From positions 163,682,001 to 163,746,000 of the forward strand of contig NC_086097.1 in the NCBI RefSeq assembly GCF_963921235.1: DNA of 64,000 bases, in the 5' to 3' direction. Position numbers and translations under genes: made by a program. A model generated the notes under the pieces. It was not told the DNA's origin and did no database searches. It was given only the letters and a program-made list of their open reading frames with translations. Positions 25,440 through 37,509 of the stretch are shown piece by piece (position 1 is the stretch's first letter; the number at the start of each line of letters is the position of its first letter). This stretch comes from Mobula hypostoma. Taxonomy: Eukaryota.

Positions 25440-26280
25440 AGGCCATAAGATATAGGATGAGAATTCAGCCCACTGAGTCTGCTCCACCTTTCCATCTTTG
25501 CTGATTTAATATCCCCCTCAACCCCATTCCCCTGACTTCTCCTTGTAACATTTGTCACCCTCACTAATCAAGGACGTCTCAACCTCCATTTTAAATAAAC
25601 CCTTTGGGGTCTGAATTTTCTGCCCGTGAAACATTTCCCCTAATTACTTCATAAACCCTCCCTAACTGTGTTAAACAATTCTTGAACTTCTCAGCTTAAT
25701 CAGAACAATTCTTCTGCGATCAATGCAGTTAGTGGACTCCCCTTTTGTAACCATTTAGAACTTTGACACATATATACATATCTTTTACAGTGCGGTGCCT
25801 AAAACTGGCAGTACTTTGAGGGGTGACCAATACTTTATAAGGATTGAGCATAAGTCCCATTCTCTTGTGCTCTGTGGTTCCCTTTCCAGAGTGATGAAAC
25901 CCATTTGTTTTGCAAGCTCTCTCAAGGTGTGTACTGCCATGTCACTACTCCAGTACAGCAAAATTCTCTTTTCCACTGTAGTGGCCCTAACACAATAGGA
26001 CACAGGTATAAATTGAGAGATAAGAAGTTTAAATGGGGATCAGAGGGAGAATTTTTTTCCACACAAAGTGTCTGGAATCTGGAATTGGCTGCCTGAGGGA
26101 GTGGTGGAGGCAGAGACGCTCACAGCATTCAGAATCCATCTTGATGTGCATTTGAGCCACCAAGGCATAAATGGCTGTGGAGCAAATGTGGGTAAGTGGG
26201 ATTAGTATAGATAAGTACAAAGGTCAGCCATCAACATGGTGGGCTGAAGGGTCTGTTTCTATGCTATGTTACTATGTGAT
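25440..26280. mobile_element. Old CR1 3' fragments in both orientations
   Basis: Minus tail about 25440-25600, minus RT remnant about 25790-25990, plus tail about 25995-26280 ending gggctgaagggtctgtttctatgctatg. Confidence 0.65.
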
Positions 26281-27369
26281 TATTCAGAAACCCTGAAGGT
26301 TTAGCACCGAACACAACAGGTGATGATTGTAGCTCCCTTTCCATTCACTTCGGTCTCTATTCCTGCTCTCCATTCTTATCCTGCAATCTTTTACAACAAG
26401 GGTCACAATTCTGTGCTTCCTTCCCATTCGCTGGATTCTCAGGACCCATGTTCCTTGACAACTAACCTGGACGCAAAGTACAGCAATCCCTTCTTGCTCA
26501 CTGAGGCCCCAAATCTCACGTTCCTTTACAATCTCACTGGTGCCCTGGATCCTGCATTTGTTTGTGACTTACTTGGTTCCTTTCTAGTTCTCTTCGAGTA
26601 CAACTGGTGCCCTACTGGGTGGCTCGAGTCCCCACTCAAAAGAGCCTCAATTCCCACTCACCAGGGCCTCGGTCCCTTTGCAGAAGGGCTTCTGTTCACA
26701 CATACCAAAGTCTCAGTTCACACTCACCGGGACCCAGTTCCCTCTGGTGCACAATTCCAGCACACTCATCACACTTTGTAAAATCCTATCTCCATGTTCC
26801 ATTCCTCTTCTCTGGGATTTGGGATTTTGGATTTTGGACTCCTATTCAACTTACCGGGACTGTGCTTTCCCTGCTGGCTTTACGCTTACCAAGTTCCCTA
26901 ATCAATTCACTTCCATAGTAAAACATTGCAAGAAGTGCGAATTGCTAGTGTGTTGAGATGCTCGATAGTCTGGGAAATCCTGCACCACCCAAAATCAAAA
27001 GTGCACCAGATTATTAGAGTGTAGCAGTACCCTTTTTAAAAATTGCACCATTTGGTTTATTTTGCCTGTCTTCAGCATTCTTTATGAGACTGTATTTGCA
27101 CTTCATTGTATTAAATTTCAGCTGCTCACTTTGTCAGTAAACCATTTGATTGCAGACTGATTCACATTACTGGGGCCCTTGTAGTCTGGCACAGCATTGA
27201 ATACTTCCCTTTCCCACCATATGACACATTATTCTGACCTCATCCCTAACTCTTGATAACAAAACACTATTATCAGTGCAACCCCCTCTCCACCATGTGC
27301 CCATTGAACAGAATTTCTCAGACTAAGTGTTGTTAAAAATCCTGCCTGTAAACTATTTCCAGTTCAATG

Positions 27370-28249
27370 TGTTACGTACCCCGTAACTGGGTTGCCAAAC
27401 CAGCAGAAATGGATCACTCAGTTGGAGTCTGGAGTACTAGAACTAAGAAAGTTTTATTACAGAAACAAGCAACACAGTAATCGAAAGGATAATAAATGCA
27501 ACAGTTCAGTGATGATAAACACACATGTGCACAGAATTAAGATAACAGCATCAATCAAGCTCTGTCGTTGTCTAGGGGTAAATGACCAATTTCAAAATGA
27601 CTCAAAGTTCAGTCCAGTTTAGTAGTTCAGTTCGCAGTAATCGTTGCCATGGCGGTGGACAACGTGGGGGAAGAGAGAGATAGAATAGGAACAACTCATC
27701 ATTCAGAACGGCTTCACTCACAGACCAGCAGGATGGCTCACAGACCAGTGAGATGGCTCACAAACAGCTTTTGGGCGGGTCCTTGGTGATGTCACCTGAG
27801 GTCACCGACTGTGACCCCTCCTCCAGATGCGGTCGATCCTCTGCAGTGAACCCGGCACCCAGGCAAGGGCGGACACACACCGGGTTCCCGCTGATCGTAC
27901 CTTTCCACCCTTGTCGTTGTCCGGTACTTCTCACCCACTCGTGAGAAGCGCACCGCTTCCAGGGTCTCGTTACCTCGGGTGGCGTGTGTGTCTGTCTTAG
28001 CGAACCTGTCCCTTTTTATCCCCCTGCTGGGGTATCGCCTGTCCATCACTTCAAACAGTTCAGGGTTCAAAGGGGGGAGCCGCTCCAGACAGCTCTTCCT
28101 CCCACATCCCTTCATTACACATCTCCAGACGCTGCTCCATTGTTCCTTATCTCTCCTTCCCCTGAGGGCAGGTGGCAGACCAACTGCTGATGCCACTGAT
28201 GCTAGCCCAGGCCAGCAAACATCTTAATTTTATGTGTATTCTCGTAACA
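27370..28249 (-). mobile_element. Solo LTR (Gypsy-like), 880 bp
   Basis: Terminal inverted repeats TGTTACG/CGTAACA; 4-bp TSD AATG at 27366-27369 and 28250-28253; minus-strand AATAAA near 27455 and TATA-like GATAAAAAG near 28015; CpGs retained. Confidence 0.88.
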
Positions 28250-29544
28250 AATGAAATATACTGCCAAGCTGCCAAGAGCAACATAGAAAACAAATCCAAA
28301 GCAAATAAATAATTTATAGTGGTGTCAATAGTATATCTTACAAAAATTAATCACTGGCTAATAAATATTTGTATCTGATCTCATTGGCTTGCATTGTAAG
28401 AAGGCAGAAACTGGAGCAGGACTTTACCACTGTTTATGAAGCAGTAGCAGCAATAATTATTTGATTCATTCAGCCAAGTTTGGAAATGGGATGAGAAAGC
28501 AATGTTGAATTTAATGTGTGTGATAGATGATAACCTTTTATTTATCCAGGCACTCAAAATTTATGTTAACAAATGTGTAAGATGGTGACGGACCCACAGT
28601 GTAGAGAAGGTTATAGGATTTGATACTAGATGCAGGCAATTCCAATGAAGTGAATGCTCTCAATTTTAAGCATAAACAAAGCACTCAACCAATTCACAGG
28701 TTTCTGATGATGAGAGCTACAAAACTGCCAACTTCACACATTTCATCCCCTTTCTCTGCAACCAAGCACCATAAATGCTCTAATACAATAGCTCAATAAA
28801 ACATGAATTATGATTACATACTGGAATAAATTCTGCCAGGCTGCACATCAGCAGTGGAAAAATGTTATTTTTCAGAATGCACTAACTGTGGCATGGAATT
28901 GCAATAGATTTACGCAAATACATGTCTTAGTATGGTTTATTGGTCTTTCTCCTGGGCTATTTATTTTCTTTCACATCTTGCTGTGAGCCTCAATCTTTTA
29001 GTTCTTGTGTCACACCTTTAATGTGCCTTCAGAACATCTTATTTTCATGCATTTCTCTATCTGGACTGTCATTTCTCATTCCTGATCCATTTAAATCTTT
29101 GGTTTTCTCTCTGTTAATCTGGTAAACTTTCCATATACTAGTTCTCACTAGGATAAAGTACACATCCCAAGCAGGAATTTGCTATTGTCCTTAGCAAACA
29201 ACCGTACTAATTGGAGCAGGAGCAGGCACTTGGCCTCTCAAGCCTGCTCTGACGATCACTAATATCACAGCTGATCTCACTGTATGCTCAACACTACACT
29301 CTCGTCTGTCCATAGCAACCTTTCATCATCTTGCCTTATCAACTGTCTATATACCTGTGCCTTAGAAACCAACAGAAGAAATTGCTTCCATTGTCCTCTG
29401 GGGAAATGTGTTCCTCAAGCTCATGAGTCTCTGAGACAGAATATTTCACCTCATCTGTTTCCTAAATGGATTAAGCATATTTTTTTTATTAAACAATGTC
29501 CTTAGTTCTAGTTTCTTACAAAAAAGGAAACATTCTCTTAGTTT

Positions 29545-29775
29545 TGGGGAGGCATGGTAGCCTAGCTGCCGATGTACCATTATTACTGCGCTAGCTAACC
29601 GGCTTCAATTTTGCAGCTCTCTATAAGGAGTTTGTACGTTCTCCCTGTGACCACATGGGTTTCCTCTGGGTGCTCTGGTTTCCTCCCACATTCCAAGGAC
29701 ATACGGGTTAGTAGGTTGATTGTTCACATGGCTCTGTTGGGCTGGAAAGTCCTGTTACTGTGCTGTATTGTGAAA
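29545..29775 (+). mobile_element. tRNA-derived V-SINE (HE1-like), degenerate
   Basis: V-domain ggagtttgtacgttctccctgtgacc...gggtttcctctgggtgctctggtttcctcccaca and a CR1-like tail. Confidence 0.8.
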
Positions 29776-30084
29776 GAGAAAAAAATAACTTATACTGTCA
29801 AGTCTCCTCAGTATTTTCCATATTTCAATTGTCTCCTTCCATCTTGTATATCCTGGATAACCCTTTCAGCACGGAAAGCATAATATAAAACAGCTTTCTG
29901 TATAATCAGCAGCTGGTTGGCTTAATTTAGACTACATATTAGGTGACGCAAACACGAGGAAATCTGCAGATGCTGGAATTTCAAGCAACACACACAAAAA
30001 GTGCTGGTGAACGCAGCAGGCCAGGCAGCATCTATAGAAAGAGGTACAGTCGACGTTTCGGGCCGAGACCCTTGAATTTCAGTT

Positions 30085-30120
30085 AGTCCTGACGAAGGGT
30101 CTCGGCCCGAAACGTCGACT
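30085..30120 (+). ncRNA. Minimal hammerhead ribozyme motif 1
   Basis: AGTC-CTGACGA-AGGGTCTCGGCCC-GAAA-CG-TC^GACT; predicted cleavage after 30116. Confidence 0.78.
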
Positions 30121-30187
30121 GTATCTCTTTCTATAGATGCTGCCTGGCCTGCTGCGTTCACCAGCATTTTTTGTGTGTGTTGCAGTT

Positions 30188-30223
30188 AGTCCTGACGAGG
30201 GGTCTCGGCCCGAAACGTCGACT
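30188..30223 (+). ncRNA. Minimal hammerhead ribozyme motif 2
   Basis: AGTC-CTGACGA-GGGGTCTCGGCCC-GAAA-CG-TC^GACT; predicted cleavage after 30219. Confidence 0.78.
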
Positions 30224-31053
30224 GTTCCTCTTCCTGTAGATGCTGCCTAGCCTGCTATGTTCACCAACATTTTTTATGTGTGTTGCTACATATTAGGTGT
30301 TTAGCTATATAATGAATGCTGCTATTGTTTGTCTTAAAAGTGAGCATTAATTCAAGTCTTGGCAACTGAAGGTAATGCTCTCAGATACTTAATGCATGTG
30401 TATGTGAAGGACTGCAAGAAGGCATGCAGCAGCTTCTACGGGGTCAACAAAAGATGCTACCATTGTACTTAAACTTCTGTCTAATGATCGCAAGATCATG
30501 TTATATGTTAAGAAGTCAAAGGTCTGCAGGTCTATGCTATCAGTGAGTTGCTCGCTGGTGGAGACAATGAAGCAGCTGAGCAACATGCTGTTGCCTGAGT
30601 TGATGGAGGCTTACAGTCAAATAGCAAGCGGGTGGCTTGGTTGCTTTTCTTGTGATCGCAAGACCCCTTCAGACATTGTTAATCTGGTATGTCATAAGTT
30701 CGATTCGCCGGTTTATTGGATGTGAGCAAGGGTGGGTGGAGGGGGCCTAGTCCTCAGTCGTAGTGAGGGCTGCGCCAGAAGCCACGAAGTGACCTGTTTT
30801 CAGCCGCCCGAAGTGAGGGGGCGAAGCCGTTACACTTCACTGGGGGCGGTATGGCACGGTGTCCAGAAAGGAGTCAGAACTGCCCTCCCAGGGTTCTGCT
30901 CAGCAGAAGTTGTGGCCGACTGCAGATGTTTTAGCAGCACCCAATGGACTCGGGTCTCAAGCTGCGTGGTCGCTTGCCTTTCAGCAGCCCGAGGTAAGGC
31001 GTCTAAACCGTCGTGCTTTACCACGGGCCACTTAACACAGTTGTGGTGACTGA

Positions 31054-31326
31054 AAAGCTGCGGATTTGCTTAGCGGGAATTGGGCATGGGGTGAGAACTG
31101 GGCCTCAAAGCCATTGATTCACCTTGGGGAGTCGGGCGTAGGGGCAAGGACTGGGCCTCAAAGCCATTGATTCACCTTGGGGAGTTGGGCGTAGGGGCAA
31201 GGACTAGGCCTCAAAGCTGTGGATTTGTTCAGCGGGAGTTGGGTGTAGGGGCGAGGACTAGGCCTCAAAGCTGCGGATTTGTTTAGCGGGAGTCGGGCGT
31301 AGGGGCAAGGATGAGGCCTCAAAGCC
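31054..31326 (+). repeat. G-rich minisatellite, 5 units of 53-54 bp
   Basis: Units start at 31054, 31107, 31160, 31213 and 31267, each aaagc...ggcctc, in two sequence variants. Confidence 0.92.
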
Positions 31327-31743
31327 ACAGTGTCACTTAGTGGCCATTGGGGCCCGGTTGATGGATGCTATCGGTGGACAGGAGGGAGTATGTGTTGCTG
31401 TGCTTTTACTGATATTCTATATGGGTTGGTTGACTTGTATGTGCGAGGACTGGGCATCGTGCCACAGTGTCGTGTGGCGGGGGGGGGTGGCACGGTTCCT
31501 TGGGACTCTTATTACGTGATTGTGATATTGTGTGTGTTTACTGTGTGTGACTATTGGTAATGTGTCCTTGCACCCTGATTCTGTAGTAACGCTGTCTTGT
31601 TTGCCTGTATTCATTAGTATTCATGTATGGTTAAATGACAATTAAACTTAAATTAAATGTAGTTATATTCAAAATCAACATGTAGCATTTAAGTGTTCAT
31701 AGGACATGGTTATCACTGTTGTATGATCAATTGTGTGTGCCTC

Positions 31744-31798
<55 letters not shown>
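31744..31798. repeat. Compound microsatellite (TG)n(TA)n(CA)n
   Basis: Read directly; self-complementary arrangement. Confidence 0.95.
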
Positions 31799-33719
31799 TA
31801 ATACTGAGTGTGTGCTTATGTATTGAATGTCTCCTTATATATGTAATGTGTGTTTCCACATGAAATGTTGCTTTATTTGAATATTGAATATTTGCATGTA
31901 CATGCATATTATTTATCTGTGTTCATATCAAATGTGTCAGTGTGTATCAGGTAAAAATGTGTGTATGTATTGAGCCTGTAAGTAAATCAAGTGTGTTTTG
32001 CATGTGTACATATTAGATTATTTCTGTGTGCGCACAGATCAACTACGTGTGTGTTTGTGTGTATTGTACCCACATGCTCTGTCTGGGCTGATCGTGTGTT
32101 TGTATGCATAAAGACATCACACTTGCGTGGGGGCTAATTTGTTTACAATTGGAATCTCGGAAAACTTTCATTTTGTAAGATTATGGTAGCTCATTTCCTA
32201 ATACAAAAAAGATTAGGGAAAAAAACCCAATTGCAGTAAAATATATTCAAAAAGAATCCCTGTTAATCTTCATGTGGTATAGGTAGATTATCAAACCTGC
32301 AAGGACAATTTGGTAGGAAAGCAGAGTCTTCACTATTGGTTAGAGGTGACATGCATGGCCTTTCATGTATTCTGTATGCACTGCCATCATCTGCCCGTTT
32401 CACGTTTTATTCACCTATGCTCATCATTAGTCATTGCACGTCACTCACTCAAGGGTGACAGATAATATTTCTTTCTCCGCAACATGATGTTTGGTTGCTG
32501 CCTGCAGACTCCAGATTTGTTATTTTAATTAGTACCATATAATATTTACTTCAGAAATCTGAAATAAATGTATAAATTCTGAAAGCAAGCCTCCCAACTC
32601 TCACACCACATAAAAGTGCGCATTAACTGTGCGCTGCCTGTCTCATACACGTAATATGTGAATTGTCCTAGCTCAGTTCTGTAAAATGGACACACGTTTA
32701 TTCACTGGGTCAGGGTATGAAGGACCTGTACTATTGATCTGCAGGCATACAGATTGATGATAGCATTGAAAATAAATCTAGAATCAAAAGAAGGCAACCA
32801 GTGACTAAATAAACTCTCACCTGGTTCAATAATTTCCTCTATAGAGGAAAGTCTACTGTCCTTTCCAGGTCTGGCTTGTTTGGGATTTCGCAACAAGGAA
32901 ATTACCACTCGTTTCAAGGTGGCCTTGACAACAATTTTCATGTCCCGTGCACAAACTAAGATCCCAAAATATCATAAGACATTCTTCAACAACCAGAGTG
33001 TGGTGAATCCACAACCCAAGATGTGGAGACTTCTCCAGATTCTTGGTAATTAAGACATTAAAGGATAATCAGAAAGTGATGCTGACTCACCATGACGTAT
33101 TGAATGATGGAACAGGTGTGGAAGACTGAATGATTTAATCTTCTATTTCTCATGTCCTTAACTTTATAAATCTCAGCTACATCCTCTCCAGCGCACTCAC
33201 ATCCTACCTTTGTCCATTGGCCAGTATTTTAGCAGCACTTAAGGTGTGTAGCTATTGTGTCAGTCTCAAACCGTTGTGTGTCACACTGCATTAGATTCTG
33301 TGTACTTTGTTTCTCTGGACTTAGCTTAAATGTTTCAGCTGAGAGGGCTCAACCCTTTGATAGGTAGCAAATGGGTGGACAACATCACAGTCAATGTTTC
33401 TCAGCAGTGGTATTGACCTGATCCAACTTTCAATGAATATAACTCCATTTGTCACTTTGCTGACAGATTCTGTCTATATCTGGCTGCAGTGATTCAGTGG
33501 CTGTTTACTTTTCAGATGAGGAGTTAATCATTCTGTAGAGGATGATGTTTTCTGGGGGGGCGGTGGTGGTGGAGTAAAATACGTCAATATTGATGTCTCC
33601 TTCCAGGTCATTGGTTAAAACAAAACAAAGCCTGAAGAATGGAGTGTGTACACTTTCCAGTAAAACTGACGACTTTAGTGTGAAACGCCGATAGCGATAG
33701 TGCTTGTAAACGGCAGGCA

Positions 33720-34170
33720 TTTGCATTTATATGACACCTTTGGATATTTATGGCAAGCAAAACAGATCAGAAATGACATTGCTGTTGTAATATAGAAACA
33801 CAGCTGAACATTAATGTACACCAATCACCAAAGTGAACACATCTCATAGGATCCCTTATTTCTATCTGGAAATGCAGATGGAACCTCGGTTTAACTTCAC
33901 ATTAGAAAGAAGGCATCTTTAATAGTGCAGCACTTCTCCAATACCCCAAAGAGTATTACTCCAGATTATTTGTAATTTTACAGGAATCAGTGATGGAAGA
34001 CAGATCTAAGGTAAAAGAAAAACCATGATCTTGATGAACAGTGGAGCAGGCTCAAAATGTCAAGTATTGCATTCCTGCACTTACTACTTATATTGTCAAG
34101 GATATGGAGTAGGACATAAATACACTGCCTTCCAAACGTGAGAGAGTTCTAAATGAGCCAGAGCTGACAC
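33720..34170 (-). mobile_element. Ancient Deu-domain SINE (SacSINE1/AmnSINE1-like), interrupted by a CR1 tail remnant
   Basis: 33873-33935 gcagatggaacctcggtttaac...gaaagaaggcatc...agtgcagcact resembles the reverse complement of the Deu core as I recall it; L2-like tail ttgcatttatat at 33720; head-like gagccagagctgacac near 34155-34170. Confidence 0.6.
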
Positions 34171-34954
34171 GGCCACAAAAAAAGACAGAGCAGTATATAA
34201 TAGTGAATAATAGAAAAGCCTGAAAAAATTATATGGTTATTCAAGTCAAGATTTTATAATTGGCCCCAAAACACAGGGACAGTAATGGGAACAACTAATT
34301 ACGCTTCTTCATGCTCCTGGTCACCAGCTGGAGGCCTATGCAGGAATAGCGAAAAATGAAGACGGAAGGTGAAGGTGGTTGAAGTAAATGCTCTAACAGT
34401 GAAATACACTGTTGACTTACCTTGCCTGTGTAGAGGTTAAAGTTGGCCAATGGTGTGGTTTGCTGACCAAGTATGTATGGTGCTGTAAACTAGCTCAAGC
34501 CATGGTATTCAGTTGAGAAATGGGTGGGGAAAACATTGAGAAATTAATCAGAGACCAAGTTCTCAGAATCCTTAAGAAAAAATCCTTTTTTTAAAAACTA
34601 TGTCCATCCTTACAATGGTGGTTGCATCAAAATAGTCATACTTTCACACCACCTCCCCCACCTTTTTATTACTGTATTGTGTGATTTTTCTACTTTTGAA
34701 TCTCATTCACTATAGCCTGCTCACTTTCCACTTAGTCTGAACTCTGCTGAAACTTTGTTGCTTCATCGAAATCCAGAGGTTGGTTCCTCCATTGTAATCC
34801 ATCTCAATTCAGAATATTTGTAAATTTCCTAAAGTAAGTCATACCTGTCTGAATTCAGGTGATTAAGTCAGACTAGAGTTAGATCCCACGAGAACTCTTC
34901 GAACTGCATCTTCTCACCCCAACAGAACTGCCCTAACTAGTACCAACTGCCTCC

Positions 34955-35975
34955 ATGCTGATGGCGGTGGGGAAAAAGCTGGTCCTGAAATGTTGAGTGT
35001 GTGTCATCAGATTCCTGTACCATCTCCTTGATGGTAGCAATGAGAAGAGGTGTAGGTGTGTACCTGTCCTTAATGACCAATGTATACCTGGGTGTAGGCT
35101 GTCCTTAATGACCAACGTTGACTTTTTAATTCATCGGTTTTTAAAGCTCTCCTCAATTCTGGAGAGGCTAGTTGCTATGATGAAGCTGGCTGAGTTTGCA
35201 GGTCCCTGTAGCTTCTTTCAATCCTGTGTAGTAGCCCCTCCATACCCCAAGGTAATGCAAACAGTTAGAAAATTCTCTACAGTACACAAATCTATTGAAA
35301 TTTGTGAAACTCCTAATGAAATATAGCCATTGTCATGTCTTATTTGTAGCTGCATCACCATATTAGGCCCAGGATAGATCTTCAGAGATGTTGACATCCA
35401 GGAATTTGAAGCTCCTCACCCTTTTCACTTCTGTTCTCTGATGAGGACTGGAGAGTGTTCCCTTAACTTACCCTTCCTGAAGTCCACAATCATTTCCTTG
35501 GTCTTACTGATGTTGAGTACAAGGTTGTTGTTGAGGCACAACACAAACAGCTGATCTATCTCACTCCTGTGCACTACCTCATCTCCATCTGCAATTTTGA
35601 CAACAATAGTTGTGTCATCAGCAAATTTACCTAGCCACACAGTCATGGGTGTAGAGAGAGTAGAGCAGTGAGCTAAGTGCACATCCTTGAGGTGTACCTG
35701 TGTTGAATGTTAGTGAGGAGGAGACCTTATTTCCAAACTGAATTGACTATGTTCTCCTGATGAGGAATTCTATGACCCAGATGCAGAGGAAGATACAGGG
35801 GTCCAAGTTTTGGAGCTTGCTGATTAGTACTGAGGGCATGATGGTATTGAACGCTGAGCTAAAACCAATAGATAGCAGCCTGATGTAGGTATTGCTGTTG
35901 ACCGTGTGATCTAAGCCCAAGTGCGAGCCAGTGCAATTGCACCCGCTGTAGACCTATTGTGTTGATAAGCAAATC
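34955..35975 (-). mobile_element. Rex1/Babar RT and 3' fragment
   Basis: KFADDTTIV and LNISKTKEMIVDFRK in ORF 35425-35682. Confidence 0.88.
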
Positions 35976-36224
35976 CCTTTTCTCCATGTACTACCTCAAC
36001 GCACGGTTGGAATGAAATGATCTGTATGGATAGCATTCAAAACAGAATTTTTCACTGTAACTTGGTGAATGTGACAATAATAAACAAACTTACTATTTAA
36101 TTTATTTGTTGAACTGGCCAGGTATCACTGCAATTTGTGGCACTTCAGGAGAAAACAGATGCAAGTCACATAGCAGGGAATCCAGAATTGGGATCTTCTG
36201 CCCAGCAAATTTGTGCCAAACCCC

Positions 36225-36495
36225 ATTTACACTAATCACACATCAATCCTATCTTTAATATCCCCAAAAATTCTTCAACATCCCCTGAGCTCTACCACTT
36301 ACCTACACATGAGGGTCAATTTATAGTGGTCAAATTACTGACCAATGAGCCCGCCTTTTAGCTGCAGGAGGAAATCAGAGGACCCAGAGGAAACTCGTGC
36401 AGTCACAGAGAGAGCATATAAAATCCATACAGATGGTACCTGAATTCAGGATTGAACCCAGGTCTCTGGATCTGTGCTCTCTGCACCACCATGCA
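36225..36495 (-). mobile_element. V-SINE, degenerate
   Basis: Reverse V-domain ggaggaaatcagaggacccagaggaaac and B-box-like caggattgaacccagg. Confidence 0.7.
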
Positions 36496-36537
36496 TATTG
36501 GCATATTGCACAGGTACCAGGCACAGTATGAAGTTTA

Positions 36538-36945
36538 TTTATACTTCATACTTTATTGTCGCCAAACAATTGATACTAGAATGTACAATCATCACAGCGA
36601 TATTTGATTCTGCACTTCCCGCTCCCTGGATTACAAATTGATAGTAAATATTTAAAAAATTAAATTATAAATCATAAATAGAAAATAGAAAAATGGAAAG
36701 TAAGGTAATGCAAAAAAACCGAGAGGCAGGTCCGGATGTTTGGAGAGTACGGCCCAGATCCGGGTCAGGGTCCGTTCAGCAGTCTTATCATAGTTGGAAA
36801 GAAGCTGTTCCCAAATCTGGCCGTATAAGTCTTCAAGCTCCTGAGCTTCTCCCGGAGGGAAGAGGGATGAAAAGTGTGCTGGCTGGGTGGGTCGTGTCCT
36901 TGATTATCCTGACAGCACTGCTCCGACAGCGTGCGTTGTAAAGTA
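36538..36945 (-). mobile_element. Rex1/Babar 3' end, same subfamily as 18700-21280
   Basis: Closely matches the reverse complement of about 20850-21280 (ARFGNSFFPT plus 3'UTR). Confidence 0.92.
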
Positions 36946-37284
36946 TTTGACATTAAATACTAATCCTGTTTCTCTTTCCACAGATGTTACCTGTCTTCCT
37001 GTGTGATCCCAGAATTTTCTGTTTTTTTTAACCATTTATTAGTGAATGACTAAACTGGGAATACAAGGAGCGACTACTATAGATAGAATAGGTTACTTCA
37101 AAAATAATTAGTATGTCAGGTAGCACCTGTGGCCAGAGCAACAGTTAACGTTTCGGTAAAGGTCCTTTTATCAGACCTCACTGTGGCTAGGATTGCCCTG
37201 TTATTTGCCAACTCTAGATCTAAAAAAGGATAATAACAATATTAGATATAGAGTTGGCAAATGACATACAACATCCATAAAATA

Positions 37285-37500
37285 GCCAGAGAGTGGTGAA
37301 TCTGTGGAAATCTTTGCCACGGGCAGCTATGGTGGCCGTCTTTGTGTATATTTAAGGCAAAGGTTGATACATTCTTAATTGGGATATGGGGATGAGGCAG
37401 GAGATTGGGACTGAGAGGAAAAATGGATCAGCCATGATGAAATGGTGGACCAGACTTGATGGGCCAAATGGCCTAATTCTGCTCGTATAGCTTATTATCT
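37285..37500 (+). mobile_element. CR1 3' tail fragment
   Basis: cagagagtggtgaatctgtggaa...gatgggccaaatggcctaattctgctc. Confidence 0.8.
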
Positions 37501-37509
37501 CAGGGTCTT

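Larger units (their letters stand above)
29946..30285. mobile_element. PLE-derived mini-element: one inverted arm plus two tandem HHR-bearing units
   Basis: 14-bp TSD CTACATATTAGGTG at 29932-29945 and 30286-30299; minus arm 29946-30073; plus units start near 30080 and 30183. Confidence 0.92.

Noticed and set aside
26290..26920. 153-aa ORF and repeated cactcacc motifs
   Set aside because: No recognisable domain or splice context; possibly a decayed LINE 5' region, but I cannot support a call.
31054..31326. CRISPR-like repeat/spacer appearance
   Set aside because: The variable parts are themselves repeated, the context is eukaryotic and there are no cas genes; this is a minisatellite.
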